Shown: one piece after another, positions 11,940 through 26,787 of the stretch
Layout: every line of letters starts with the position of its first letter
Numbering within the stretch: the first letter of the stretch is position 1
Source of the DNA: Camelus dromedarius
Lineage: Eukaryota
Assembly (NCBI RefSeq): GCF_036321535.1
Contig: NC_087436.1
Location: 310,001 to 374,000 of the forward strand
Length of the DNA stretch: 64,000 nt
Reading direction: 5' to 3'
Position numbers and translations under genes: made by a program
Notes under the pieces: model-generated
What the model saw: the letters and a program-made list of their open reading frames with translations, nothing else
Database searches by the model: none
Told to the model about the DNA's origin: nothing

Positions 11940-14574
11940 GTACATGATCTATGTGCTTAGTTTCTTTGGGTTTTTTGTTTTTTTTTTTAAGTGCTTGTTT
12001 CATTGTGGTGTGAATGAATGTTTAAAATTTCTGGATTTTAATCTTTACAACATGCTGATTTATCAGAACTGTTAAAAAACTGATTGTTCTTTGGTCCTTG
12101 TTTGGTGGGGCACCCTATTGATTACTGTTGTCTGATAAAGAGAAAAATTCTTCCTCTAGCCTGCAGATCATTAAGTGAATGGTTTTCAGTGTGCCTTTAA
12201 ATTTCCTTGAATGCATTGAACATGATTGTCCAGTGAATTTTGAATTGACTCATAATAATGACTTTGCTTTGTTTCTGTGGCTTTTGCTCCTCTCCACAAG
12301 AGTTTGAATTCTCTGTTGCATTTTGTATACGTGTTCTTAACAGTGGAAGAAATTTTGAATATTTTACAGAGGTGGGTTTTCCTAACCCCTCTGAATGCCT
12401 TCTGTAATTGATACAACAAAAATCTGTTATTGCACTGCTTCATTATTTCATACACTAGTTTTTGGCTTAATCAGAAACAATGACAGAGTGATAATAAAAA
12501 TAGGAAAACCTTGCTTCCTTTGAATAATAGAAGTCAGGTGGTCAGGCCCACCCATGCTTTACTCTCATGCCATTGTGTATCATGATTCGGAGATGGAGTT
12601 ACTTCAGGTTTATAGATTTTTGTTTAAACATTTGTGCTGAATTCTTTCTCCAGGCTGATGTATCCTGTTGGGTATGTTGAAAGTGTAGAAGGGAAACAAA
12701 TGCTTTTATTTTTTTGGTTTCCGGAGGCCTGAGTTGCTGATGATAAAGAGTTGAGGGTGAGCTGAGGAAAAAATTGACACTCCCTATACTCCCAGCTGAA
12801 ACTGATGAACAATGAAATCAATTAAGTGTATCGGTATTTGACCAATAGAATTCAGCGAGACCAAACTGGCTAGTTATGCCCAAAGAAAGTACTGAATTCA
12901 CGTGCAGAATTAGTTGCTTTTCCAAGAAGAAGCAGCTTAGAGCAATCAGAAAAATCAGTCCTATGATGAGATATAAAATGAATATAATACCTTTTATTTC
13001 TGAAACTTTTCTACGTTAAGTTGTGTAGAGCTAAAATTAAGTTTCAAGCACCAGGAGTTAAGAGTGTGGGTGGTTCTGTAGGATCGTTATTCAGGGATCT
13101 GCCTAGACCCTGCTAGAGAGGCTGAAGCTGGCAGGAAAAGGCCCAGAGCCAGGATTTGTCACCCAAGGGTGTCCTCCATAATGGTTCCATGTGGGAGGCC
13201 ATGATTGGATTAACAAATTGAAACAGAACCCAGCCGCCTGTCAACTTTAAGGAGAAAAAAATAAGCTTAGTAACTGCTTTGCAAGCAAGCGCCTGTGCAT
13301 CCTCACTCCTGTCTTCTTGCCTTAAAATGCAGAGAAAATGTTTTGCTTGCATAGTTGAGATTTTAGATAGCACTCTGTTCATTGCAAACCAAGGACCCAG
13401 GCCCTCAGCTATAAACGCTGGGCTTGTGTGCAGTTAGATAGTCTGTTATCCCCAAAACAAGGACTTAGCTGTTCTGGTGGTCTGCTTTGTAATTCACATA
13501 TCAAAGAATGTATCTTATTCCCCTCAACCCATGACTTCCCTAAAGATACAGTAAGACTTTGTACTCATGGTGGATTCTACAATCTCTTTCTCATCCCTTC
13601 TTTCCCCAAGTTTCTGCTTAGTATCACACAACTGTTAATGACTTTTTCCTTTGATTATACACAATAAATATGGGAGCATTTGATAGGCTCGTGGAGTTGG
13701 CTCCCTACTCCCTATCGATTTCTGGGTTTTTTCCACAGAGTCTTGAGTAATCATTTACTGTAGCTAAGACTTCTGCAAGCAAGAAACCACAGTTCCAGGT
13801 GAGAAGGATGCAGATTTATCTCTCCTACCCGAGGGAGAGAGAGTAGAGAATTGAGATCTGCTCCTTCATGGTCCCTTCCTGCCCCAGGGCAACTCCAGTT
13901 CACCTGCAGCCTTCTGGCCTCTGCTCACAGGGCCTCTGTCCCAGGACTGACTGCAGCCTTTTCTTCCCTGGTCAACATTTCCTGTGCCTTTTAGAAGTTG
14001 GTCTCTTCTCTGCAATACAACCCTGGCAGATATGATGGTGGTCAGTGTGCTGGTGGGCAGTCACTTGGGGACTGCCAGGAACCATGCTGATTCTCCTGAG
14101 TCTCTCATTCTGGGTTACAGAACTGTCGAGCACCAGAGAAAGCCCATTCACGTGAGGCCAGCACAGCATTGCGTCACTTTCATTTTATTTTTGAAATTTC
14201 AGTGGAGAAATTATTTGTAGCTAACTGTTCCAGAATTTCGGCCACCTGCTTTCCTCACCACCATTTCCTTGTTGGCTCTGGTGCTTGTTTTAAGAACCAG
14301 GTTTCTTCTCTGGTCATTTTTAGCAGCTGGGCTTGCCGAATCCTTGATCTTCATTTGAAGCAGTATGCTTCTTCGTGATGTCAGACTGATTTTCCTATTT
14401 CTGAATATTTCGTGTACACTCAGCAAGTGTTTCAAATGAAATGCTCTTGTCCAATTTCAGTTTACCCACATTTGAAGATCTCCTGCTTTCATGCTGAGGG
14501 CAGTTTCTTCTTCCTGTGATAAAAGTTAGCAATTTGCATCTACTATTTGAAAGTACTGGCCCTAGGTGCTTTTG

Positions 14575-15605
14575 TCCTTAACAGTTTTAATACAATTCAC
14601 CCATTAAAATGTACAGCGGTTTTTACTCTATGCCATAATTGTGCATTGCAGTCAATCTTAGAACATTTTCATCCCACAACAGGAAGCCCCGTACGCACAA
14701 GCAGTCATTCCCATCTTCCCCATCCTCCCCCAGCCCCAGGCAGCCATTGTTCTCTCTCTGTGGATTTGCCTGTGTTGGACATTTCATGTAAAACGAGTCA
14801 TTTCATGTAAAAGGAACCGTCTATTATGACTGACTTCTTTCACACTGAGTAATCTTTTAAATGTTTGTCCATGTTGTTGCCTGGGTCAGTACTCTATGCT
14901 TTGCTATTGCTGAATAATATTCCACTGCATGGCTGGGCCCCACTGTTTACCCATTCATTAGGTGATAGTCATTTGTGTTGTTTCTGCTTTTTGGCTGTGA
15001 TGAGTAATGGCGCCGTGAATATTCCTGTAGGAGTTTTTATGTGGACATTGGTTTTCAGTTCTCTTACGTGTGTGCCCAGAGAGCAGAAAGGCTGGGTCAT
15101 TCATAAACCAAATGTTCAAATATCTGAGGACCTGCCAGGCTGTTTTCCAAAGTGGCCACACAGCGTTACATCCTCACCAGCAAGGGCTGCGAGTTCCGCT
15201 TCCTCTGTGTCCTCATTAGAGCTTGTTACACTTTTTGTTATTATAACCTATTGTAGTGAGTGTGAAGCCGTTTCTCCTAGTGGTTTTGACTTGATTTCCA
15301 TTACAGCTAATAATATTGAACATCGTTTGATTGTGCTTATTGGCCATTTGTATATTTTCTTTGAAAAATACATTTCCAGATCCTTTATTCACTTTTTAAT
15401 TGAGTTCCCTTTTTATTGTTGAGTTATAGGAGTTATTTTTTTTTTAATTTGAAGATAAAAATTCCTAATCAGATAAATGATTTGAAAAAATTTTCTCCTG
15501 TTGCTTTTTCACTTTCTGGATGGTGTCCTTTGAAGAAAAGATTTACATTTTGATGAATTCAAATTTATCATTGTTTCCTTTGTTCCTTGTGTTTTGGGGT
15601 AATAT
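14575..15605 (-). mobile_element. Old L1M fragment (3' UTR and ORF2 end)
   Basis: Antisense L1 motifs (caattcacccatt..., ttgctgaataatattccactg, ggttttgacttgatttcc, tttgatgaattcaaatttatc). Confidence 0.85.
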
Positions 15606-18600
15606 TTATAATCTGAGGTATTTTATTTAAACATTTATATATAAAATAACTTAATTCTTAGGACCGTTCTAGGAGACGGGTTCTGTTGTTGTCCTCAGTC
15701 TATGGATAGGAGACTGAGATGCAGAAAATTTCACTGACATATCAGTGTCAAAGCTACCAAGTGCTGAGGGAGTTCAGACACTCATGTTTGTCCCAAGCAT
15801 CTGTGCTCTTCACCACCATGCTCCACTCCTTCCTGGAATTGTTATGGAAAATGTCTTTCCTTTTTTGATTTCTTGTTAGTTTGTTTTCTCATTGGGGACC
15901 TCAACTCCTCATTTTCCTTGCAGAGATCAGTGTAGGTTTATTTTAGGTCTCATGTAGGCAGAAGCATTGCTATCAGTTTACTTCTTTATTACTCACTTTC
16001 CAGTGATGATTGTTGCTAGTTGAACTAATCAAGTCATGCTTAACTCTTTCCTGCTCATGACACTAAAAAGAGAGTCATTACTTACAGAATGCTCAAAGAA
16101 GAAAGTACTTGAGTGATTTTATTTTTCTAACAAATCAAACCAATCAAATAAAAACCCCTATGTTGGAATAGATTATAAGCCCTCCAGAATAGGGTCACTG
16201 TCATCCTTGTGTTTCATTTGTTTAGTCACAGTGTCTGGATAGTGCCTTGTTGTCCAGCAGTTTTGTTAGGATACGGTGCTCGTGAATCATTGTAAGGACA
16301 GAATTTTGACAACAGACTGTGTTGTTCATTTCACGAGGGAAAAGATCATATAGAAATACTGCTCAGATCTATTTTAAAATTAAGCTTGGAATTTTGAGAA
16401 GAGTTCAAGAAAGCATATAAAGATCTTTTTCACTAATTTTAGATCATACACACATTATGTTTACATAGCAGAGTAACTTATCAACAAGATTTGACAAGAG
16501 TAGTGTATTATTGATTATTTGTTTTAGTTGAAATATTCTACCTGGGATAAAGTAATCAGTGCCCATAAATGAACATATATATATGTATTTCTATGCAACA
16601 TGGGAGCAGACTTCATATATTTCTGTATAATATATATGACTGTGTGTTTTAATCTGTCTGTCAGTGTTTTTAGTTTTTCAGCAATGTTGTAGCCTTAGAA
16701 TTCTTCTAAGAAAATCACCCCCTATTCTAGTGCAGTTTGTACTGTGTATCCTGTCTTATGCATGGGATTCCACTCTTCCCTCAGTGAGGAATTTCCTCTC
16801 CTACTGAGGTAGTAGCAGAGTTAAAGGAACTGTGATTTCTAGGACTTTGCTCTCCATGTGTTTGCAGTTGGCTGTCAATCACGATTTTCCCTTTCTTGAG
16901 TTTTCATTCTTCAATTAGAATTTTTGAAAATAACTATTAATATGTTGCATCAGTCTCCCTAGAAACTTGATGTGTTTGTACTTTTCAGTTTTCAATTTAT
17001 GAAAAATATAAATGCACTCTTGTTTTAAGTAGTCCTTTTTCACTAGATATTTGTTTACCTCTTTATAGTTAAAATATTACTTTCCCAATGAATGAATCTG
17101 TGTGCATGTTTTAAAAGATACCTTACTTTTTATTTTTCTTATTGTAACAGTTATATTCATTGTAGAGAATTTAGAAAATAAGGATAAACACAATAATAAC
17201 TTAAAAATGGCCTCTAGCCTCACCTAGAGATACAGTTGTAAGGTTTGAAATTGAGAATTACAAGTCCTCTCACGTTGTTCTTTTTCAAGCACATTTTGGT
17301 TACTGAGACCCTCGAATTCCCATATGAATTGTAGCAGCAGCTAGTCAGTTTATGCAGTGGAACCCACTGGGATTGTGATCAAAACCACGTTGCATGTATG
17401 GATTGCTCTGGGGAGCACTGCCATTCCAAGAGCGCTGTCTTCTGATCCAGGAATGTGCGTGCTTTGTCTGTCCAGGAATTTAGGTCTTCTTTAATTTTTT
17501 TCAAAAATGCTTTGAGTTTAGAGAGAATTATTTTACTTTTTTTTCTTTGCCTTTATACTGAGGACAAGTGTGCCAGTTCCGGGATCAGAAGTGTATTTGA
17601 GCCCCGCCACTTGCTGCCACCATGGACGCTGCACTCTTGCTTTGCCCTGTGTAAAATCTTGCACAAAATAGGACCTCAGTAACTCTCTTTTGAATGAATG
17701 ATAATATGATTGTTGAATGATGCTTGAGAGTCCTTGTAATGATGTATTTTTCCCAGCCTTTCCCCTATTCATAATGAAGCCCTTTCCCTTCCTTTCCTCC
17801 AGCCTGGTTTTCAGCCTGCCTGTGGCATTGATTTTCCCTGTCTGTAGACTCTTCTTTTCACTGGTTCACGATAATCTTACATGTGCCCTTTGGAAACTTG
17901 CTAAATGACAAGAAAGAGCAAATCCATTGCATGCTAGTATTTTTAGAGTGTGTTATTCTTTTATCGATTGAAATTAAATCAGGCTTACCCCCTGAGCCCT
18001 CCCATGAGCTTTTTCTGCCTTCCTACAGGTGATACTGCTCTGGTTGCTGCATGTCCCTGCCCCCAGCCTTGGTTTTGGAGTTGAGTAAGTCACCATCAGT
18101 GGAGTACTCTCTTTAAAATTTGAAGACATTTGCTCCTTCTCCCTTGTTGGGGAATTGGATGAGATGAGGTACCAGATAAAGAATGGAGCCCCACCTCATT
18201 CTGACCCCTGCTCTTTCCGTTCCTTTCTCCAGGGGAAAAGAGTACAATTCAACAGTATAAAGATTGATTGTGAGCTAATGAGATAGACAAGACAACCGAA
18301 CATTTATTAAATATACTTTCATGCCAGAAAAAAATGTATTATACACACAAAAAGCACACAGAGCACGTTAGTACCGTGCTTACAAATGTGGGTCCGAGTT
18401 CGAGTCCTGCTCTGGAGTGACCAGTCCTGTGAGATGGAGAAATGTTAGGTCAGCTTAGCCTCTCCCGGACTTGTTTCCTGTCCTGCAAAGACGGACTCGC
18501 TAGGCGTCCCACCCCCATAGAGGTGCTGTGGGGTGTAAATGACGTGCATGGGCAGACCAAGCACAGCTTCTCGTTCCTCGTAAGTGCAGGATAGAATGGA

Positions 18601-19956
18601 TTTGCGGAGACGGCGTTATGGCCGCACCGTTTAGACTCTCAGTGCTCCAAAGGGAAGACTTGTGGTTTGGAGATGGGATTCTCACTTCGGTAAATACCCA
18701 ATGTTTGTGTTATTAGGCTCTTCTGATTTGAATCTATTCTTTGGAAAGTACATATTGTAGATATATTTTTTCAAGCATGCGTGCTTTTTTTCTTTTATTA
18801 TTTACAGTTCTTCTCTCTCATCTCTTGGTGTGACTTTTCATGGAATCCAGGAAACAGCCCTAAGCCACCTGCCTCTTCACACTTCTCCGTGGTGGTTTTC
18901 TTCCCTGACTAGAAGAGGGTTTTGCATAGGAAATTTTCTTTGTTCCCCTTTTCTTGCAGTCTCTCTCTCTGTCTGCCCATCTCTCACCTGTCCATCTGTC
19001 CATTTATCTACCCACTCATTCTTCTGACATGTTCCAAGAAGCACTTCAGGCAGCTTACAGAAGAATAGATACCAAATAAACAGGTGAGAAAATGGGGCCA
19101 AGTTCAGACAGTGAGGCTAGGAAGCGAGCTTGTGTGATGTTTGCAGGCGTGAGACCCACGACTCTGCCCTGTGACTTATCAGATCGACAACAAGAGTGTG
19201 CCTGAGGCTCCCAGCAGACACAGGGAAATAGGGTTTGTGGGAGATGCTCACTGGCTGTGAAATAAATAAGTGGATGTGAAGAAGCCCAGCCTTTCCAGCT
19301 ACTAAGACTTAGGAGGATATTTTGAGTGTCTTCCAAAATCAGAGTATTTCATCTTTTATATTGTCAGAGTTCTACATATTGTTGGTTACATTCTATACCT
19401 GGAAATTTCTCCAAAACTCCTTCCTACATGAGTCCCATGGCTCAGGAATGGGGTGGTCCTGCTCATTGACAGTGTTTGGACAGAAACAGAAAATGACAGC
19501 CTCAAAGGAGCCTAGGATTTGTCAGTTATGTTTTGTCAGTGCTGTAGATTTCAGAGAATGTTTTCACAGTTTCTCTCCATCTGAGGCGGCAGTGTGCTCT
19601 CTTAGCAGCATCAGGAGCTCAGGGCCACGGGATGGTGAGTGCTGACTGCACTGCCGTCAAGGCATCTAAGGTAGTCACTGCAGGCGTGGTGCTTTTACAT
19701 ACGGCATTTCATGTTCTTTAATAGAAGGTTTCAACAGGGAGTTAATTGAGTTAATTAACATTTAATAAATATGATAATTTTTTGAAAAGACAGTTATAAG
19801 CAGAATATAAGCTGTGAAGATTTTAAGAACGGTTTCATTACTGAAATTTCAGTAGGGAAGATTCAGTTTACCTTATTTATGCCTCTCTTTTAAAGTAACA
19901 AAGAAACAAGACAGAAAAAGCAGAGGATGATTTCTTTTCTTCCTCTCGGCTTGCAG

Positions 19957-20077
19957 GTGCCCTCACCTCCAGTGACATCCATCCAGACACCAGCACTGAC
20001 ACTGGCCGTGCTCAGAACTGCCTCAGCCCTGAAGACACAACTGACAAATAGAAGGGGGCCACGCCCTGTTACAGCAG
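19957..20077 (+). pseudogene. TRAPPC9: TRAPPC9 exon 6 remnant with premature TAG
   Basis: ttgcag|gt gcc ctc... reads [39 protein letters not shown] versus [41 protein letters not shown]. TAG at 20049-20051; GT at 20078. Confidence 0.93.
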
Positions 20078-20269
20078 GTGCTCTCACTTAGTGGGTCCTT
20101 ATGTAACTGTGCGGTGTTAATCAGGATCGCCCGTTCTACATTACATGACTCTGCTGCGGTGTCTCCTAGTTACTTGTTTCTGTATGTACTCGTGTATTTT
20201 CTCCAATGTGTAGTACTACACATCTTAAAATTCTTTTTTCAGATGAAAAATAATGTGTATTTAATATAA

Positions 20270-22690
20270 TAAGTCTGAAAAAAGGGGCAAAAGAGGCTAT
20301 CCTTATCCCACTACTCAGAGATAATAATTAACACTTTAACATCTATTTTCTGTTCTTTTCATCAGTGTGTATCAACTCTCTCATAAAAACCAGTGAGCAC
20401 TCTGTGCCTGTTTACTGTGTGGAGACCTCCATTTTCCATTTGGCTTTTTATATGTTTTTCTACAATATTCTAATTCCCCTGGCATGATTTTTAATGACCA
20501 GTATAGCATTCTGTCTTGTGGAGGCATTGTCCATTTTACTTCGGACTTAAATAAACTTTTAAATTCCAAGTATATTTAACTGAAATACTGAAAAGAGAAC
20601 TGTGGTGGTACTGAAAGGCCCCTATATCCCTTCCCCTTTTTTCCTGAGGGCAAAACTGTTGACAATGTGGTGTATATATTTCATGACATTTATGCCTATG
20701 TATATACACATACATACATAGATACATACACGAATCTGAGAAATCTATGTATATGTGTGTGTATATATGCTTTATTGAAAAATAAGGCCATAATACATGT
20801 TTTATGCAGCTTGCTTTATTCACTCAGGGGTATAACATAGACGTCCTCCAACTCCATACTCACCCGGTCCTTTCAGATAGAGTGGAGGGGTCCCCTGATG
20901 TGCAGGTGTGTTATCTTGTGCAAGGACACCTTTGGTGGGAGAGTGCTGTGATCAAGGCCCTGAACCATGCCGAAACGCCGGCCCCATCAGAGCCCACAGC
21001 TCGCCGTGATTTACCGCTTCATTGTATTGATGGTGGACACTTAAGTTTTCTCCATTTTCCACTGTCAGAAAAGATGTTTGACTGGCATCCTTCTTCTGTA
21101 AATATTCCTGTGATCTCATATGAGTATTCCTTTAGTTAAGGCTTCTGGAAATTTAGTCCCTGGATGTGACATTTACATTTATCACAGGCTCTTTTCAAGT
21201 GACTCTAGAAATTCCATCTCCAGTGGGGAATGAAAAGATGTAGAATTACTTATGTAACCATTTCTCTATAGCAGGATTTGATTTCACTTCAGCTTTTCAT
21301 CCCACCATTGTAAACAGTGCTGTGAAAATATCCTGATGAGTACATCTTTTTGAACTGATTTTTTTCTAAACGAAACGATTCCTAGAAGGGGAGTTCAGTC
21401 TGTGTGTACACACGTTTTTCAGAGTTTACATATCCATTGACATGTCGTCCTCCAAACACGTTGCTCACAGTTTGTTCTCTCACAGATGGACACTAGCTAG
21501 AACAACTTTTAAAAATATTTGCCAATATGATGAGCAAAAGTGCTTTTTCATTGTTTTAGTTTGCATTTGATGACCAATGAGGTATTCAGCATTTTTCACT
21601 TATTAGCCATCTGACTTTTAAAAAGTGAATGATCCCTTTTGTCCTTCGCACACAGTTAAGTGAGGGAGCTTCTTGTTGCTTTGTGACAGCTCTTTGTATG
21701 TTATGAACATTAACCCCTTGACTTCATCAATATGTATCACGCAGTTTTTACTTGTCATTTCTTGCCTTTCATTTTATTCAGTAGGTTTACTTTTGTTGTG
21801 GCCCAAAATATACTTAAGATAGTAAATGTCTTCTTTTTGGGTTTTATTTTTGGTATTATTTTAGAAATACTTTCTTATAATGGTACAAATCTCTTCTGTA
21901 GGTTTTTTAATCTCTAAGATGGAGATGATAATAGTACTTGTTATAGTGAGGAGAAGTTGAATTAATATGAGCAAAGAGTTGTATTTGCTGTTATTAGTAC
22001 TTTTCAATATTTACATCACTATCTGTAATTTTTCTTGTGGTCATTATGACAGGAATAGAATTTGTTCTTTCCAGGTGATTCTCTGATTTTCCCAGGACAA
22101 TTACTGAATTCATACTTTGCTCTTTGATTTGAAATCCCACATGCACAAAATACTTATGTACACTAAAGTCTCTTTTTGAGCTCATGGTTTATTTCTGTCA
22201 ATCTTACTTTATTACTCTAGCACCATAACTTACATATTGTAAAAATTTATTTAATATCTGACAGTGTGATTTTTTTTTGATTCTTTTCTTCCATCCCAAT
22301 TTTTCTTGGCTAGTATTATGACTTTATTATTCCTGAAGAATTCTAAAATACTTTGTTCAAGTTAAAGAATAAAAACAGATAAGGGTTTTCATAGGATTTT
22401 TTAGTAAGTTTTGAATTATCTTTAACAGAGCATTCATTTTACAAAGCTGCTTTCCTCCATGCAATATGTTGATGTCTCTACATTCACATCTCTTACTTTA
22501 CCCCTCAGTATAGTCCTGTATTTTTCCCCATGTACAACATGGGCATTATTTTTGAGTTTAGCCCAGATTATTGTTTATGTTTTACTTAATTTTGTAAGTG
22601 AGAATTTTTTGCAATTATATTTTTTAACTCTTCAAACTGACACCTAGGAAGGCAGATTCGGATTGTCAATACTCACTTTGTAACTTGTCA
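20270..22690 (-). mobile_element. Cluster of highly decayed L1M fragments
   Basis: Scattered antisense L1 motifs (attgatggtggacacttaagttttctcc, tttgccaat...gttttagtttgcattt). Boundaries approximate. Confidence 0.5.
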
Positions 22691-23637
22691 TTTAAAATTG
22701 TAAGTATTAAATACTTGTTCCAGAATCCTTTCTTTTCTGTTTTTCAAAATTTGTTTCCAAGATTATCAAAGTGGTCGTAGCTAAGTAGTATATTTGGGGA
22801 GACTGATGGAGAGAGGTAGTGTGGCTCATGTACAAACTGTGAGCATTTTCATGGCTGCCTTTAGGCTGGAGAGGCCTCCGAAGAACCCAGGTTAGACCAG
22901 GGATGGCTTTTTATGCACTTGAAAGCCAGCATTCCTGCCTTTGTGGAGAAGCCTGTTGGGCGTGACAGGTAGATGATCAAGGTCCGATGGAGGCCATTGG
23001 CTGCACAGAGCGCTGTGACTGTGAGAACTGGCGACCATTAACATGGGAAATGCTTGGCGCCAGGAACACTGCAGGGGAGCTGGGGAGCCTGTGTGTTAAG
23101 GATTTTCCAGTCCTGGGAGTGAGAAGAGCAGACTCTGCATTCAGATCTGAGTTTGAATTCATCCTCTCTTGTTTAATGGTCCTCTGACTTTTGTCAAGTT
23201 ATATATCCGCTTTGAACTCCTGTTTTCTTGTGTCTCAAAATAGGAGAATTACGGCCTGCTGCTAGAGTGTTTGATCAGGGTAAATGATTTGTGTCTATAA
23301 GATGCCACGTACTGTCACAAGTTCAGTGAGAAATGGGCTGTTGCCTCTTCTGCAACTCAGTGTTCGACAAGACACCTGGGGAAAGCCAGTCCCTAATTTG
23401 TGTGTGATGCAAGTAGGAACAAAATTAATGTCTTGCCTTTCGCTAGCAGTATTCTTACTCCTTTGCTTCATTTACTTCTTTCCTCCTTTCATTTCCCCTT
23501 TCCCCTCCTCCACCAAAAGAACCTGAGAATGTCTCAGAACACTAGATTCAAATTACTTTAAAGGTTGTCTCATCCTCATGAAATGACAGTAACATAAAAA
23601 AATCTGTACACATCCCAGAATTCATTGTATTTGATTT

Positions 23638-23648
23638 ACGCACACACG

Positions 23649-23692
<44 letters not shown>
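23638..23692. repeat. Compound (CA)n-(CG)n-(CA)n microsatellite
   Basis: acgcacacacgcgcgcgcgcacacacaca... Confidence 0.95.
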
Positions 23693-23696
<4 letters not shown>

Positions 23697-25088
23697 CAGG
23701 CTACCTCCCACTTACAGAGGAAGAAGAACCACTTATTCTGAGTTTTCATTCACTGTCCGTGAGAGCAAAGTGTCTTACGCAGACTTTCACCTGGCTTCAT
23801 GCATGGTGTTTTTAGTTGGATTTCTGCTTTGTGGCCATAGAATTATTCTCCTAACAGAAGAGAGGAAGTGGAGACATAGACATTCTGCTCAGATATTGGT
23901 GTCATCATATTTGAGTTGGGAAGGACTTAAGACAGCATAGAGTCGTATCTGTTTATGGGTGAGAATCCATGATAGTGTAACTTGGACAAGAACCTGGATC
24001 TTCTGCCATCGTGCCCACGAGGGTGAAGAGGCAACTTGGTGGCGGATGGCAGTGATCCTTCTTGCTTGAGTTCCAGGGTCTTGCTAGTTTTCATTGCTCA
24101 CCTGCCTTTAGTTAAGGTCCATGTGGCCTCTCATGGGAAGGTCACGCTGTTCTGATAAATAAAGTTACTAATCAGCAAAAAGCTCTGGACCCACTCATAT
24201 TTCCCAGAGATTTTTCTGCTGACCTGCTGACACTTTATGTAAATGAGACCTAAGAAACTACTGGATATAAAATCCTTTGTGTTATCCTCGAGTTCCATAG
24301 GAATGGGGTGCTGTCTCAGGCTGTCTAAGGCTAGATCTGAATAAAGATAGGGTGATAGGCTTTGCTGCTGGACCCTCCACAATCAAATGTGTTTTCCACC
24401 TTAGTGTTTAGAATCAGGCAGATGAGCTCAAATCTTGCCTTTACCAGTTATTAGCTTAGTGACCTTGGGGAAGAAACTGTACTTAATTGTGTTCAATTTT
24501 CTTTGTTTGTAAATAAGTTCAGTATTTATTTTAAGGTTTTTGATTTAGAGTTGAATGAGTTAATTTCCTCATTTATACCTAAAATATATATCGCGTGGCT
24601 CTATGATGGTGCCTTGGTTGTTGATTACTAAGGCACTCGGCAGGGAGAAAGGGGGTGGGGGACCCCTGGATTCTAGAGCTTATTATATTCCAGGATATGC
24701 TTGTAAAAGACTGGATGTGCAGTGGATTTTTAGTAAATATCCATTCCTTTCCTAATCCGCATTGATTGTGTATATATCTTTATATTAATATATGAACAAA
24801 TTTATAATGCAATTTAAATATTTCTGTAGAATTTAAAATATGTAGTTGTAACAAAAATACGTGAAATAAAATGATTTCACTTTTATTTTCTTTTCAATAA
24901 GCAAAACAAAATAAAATAGAAAAGAAAAAAAAAGGTTTGAAGGAGTAGAAATAACTTTCTTTCCGTAGTATCAATTCCCTAACAAAGGTTTTTTGGTTGT
25001 GTTGTTAAACAGCACATAAAATTGATAGGTTGTGACATATTGGAAATGAGGAAACAGTGGAGACATACTACCTCCAATGAAGTCATTT

Positions 25089-25625
25089 AGTTACCACGTC
25101 AAAACTAGTTCTGCTTCCTGAATGACAGGCCAGTAAATCGGGAGATGAGGTGTTAGAGCAAGGAATACTGACTTTATTTGAAAAGCTGGCAGACCCAGAA
25201 AATGGCATACTGATATCCTGGAGAACCCTCTTCCCCAAGTCAGAATTCAGTCTCCTTTTTTACTAAAAAGGGGCGGGGATGTTGTTGGTTGTTGCAAACT
25301 TCTTGCTGTACGAATTGATTTCCTTGGAATCCTTTGTTCTTGCAGCTGTCCATGTGGGTCAAATCATGGTGCCCCTGTAAAACCTCCAAAAATAAACAAA
25401 GTTTATTCTGTTTTACTACTTGCCATCTATATATAAGTGCAGAAGAGCTAACATCCTTAAAGATCAGAGCCCGGAGAATAGTCTCTCCTGGATATTTCAG
25501 GCTAAAGGCAACTTTCTTTTACAAAAGCTCCAGAGCTAACAAGTCTGAACCTAGAAAACAGGGCAGAGGTTTAAAGCCAAAGGAACACATCTAATATGGA
25601 GTCAAATTTGTTCTTTTCTATTACA
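25089..25625 (-). mobile_element. Solo ERV1-type LTR
   Basis: 4-bp TSD ATTT at 25085-25088 and 25626-25629. Minus strand starts TGTAATAGAAAAGAACAAAT and has AATAAA near 25175. Its 5' end is shared with 49811-50294. Confidence 0.8.
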
Positions 25626-26787
25626 ATTTCTTTTTCCACCTCATAAATAATTTTATTAAGAAACATGGGCAATTTTTTTTTATTTTTGCTTCTTAATAAC
25701 GGATAAGTGGTCCAAATACATTTTTGTGAACAGGGATGCTGTGCGTGCCTTGGGGTCACAGCAAATTCTTGTTGGGGGTGGTCGACCCTGCAACATGCCT
25801 GCTGCCCCATGACCCTTGGTGAGAGTCCCCCTAACCAGGGGCTATCTTCAGGAACCAGCATATGGGCATTGACCTCTGAAGACCTCTTTTTCAGGTGCAG
25901 GAAATTTTTTCAGATTCTGTGATTGAAAACTCACTCCAGCTGGGGAAAATTAGGGAATAAATGAAGAGGAAAGGGGCTTGGAGTAGAGTAGAAGAGAAGG
26001 ACAGAAGATCATGGAGCCTGGAGGCTTGGCAGCGAGGCCTCCGGAGAGAGAGAAGCAGGGGTGGGGATGGGCCCTGTTCCAGAACCAGCTCCTGCACATG
26101 TCCCCGCGCCCAAGACACACAGCCTTTAATGACCCAGGACTCTCTGCTGTCTGGGCGTCACCCTAGGCAGAACCTTGAGAACAAAATTAAGGGGTGGGCA
26201 GTACTCACATAGGGGGTCACAGAGGACTTTGTTCAAGTCCACAGTGCCTTTTCTGGTCATGTGTTTTCAGTTGTCCTTTATCTTAGGATCTGAGGAACAG
26301 GAGCAAGGAACTCAGGGAGAGATCCAGGAAGACATCTGAGTGTGTTAGGGAGGACATTCACAGCGAAACGGGGAGCGAGGACACCTGCAGCAAAGTAAAA
26401 TGACTTTACAACTATTGCATCAGAGCTGCAGGTATGAGAGAGCCTAAGCCTGTTTCAGAGTGCAGGGGACAAGTGGAAAGGAATGGTAAAATTTCCACTG
26501 ACAATTGAAATTTTGTTAAACAGCCTGCTACTCTTAATTGTATCACTTGAATGTAGGCAGGTGTATGTCTGTGAGCATTTATAGGTTCACACAACCCCAC
26601 CAGCCCCTCTTGACCCCATCAGGGATGGGCTTTCTCAAGCACAGTGCACCTCCTGCTTGGGTGGGCCATGCTGCATGTCCTCACCTTGGGCCGGGCTGCT
26701 GCAGGGCACTGAGTCCCCAGGCACGGGCTGTGAGACACGACAGGAACATCTCTGCTCATAACTGAGAGCATCCGTTTCCCCCTGCAG

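Noticed and set aside
14865..15422. 185-aa ORF
   Set aside because: Antisense reading of a decayed L1 with a non-ATG start.
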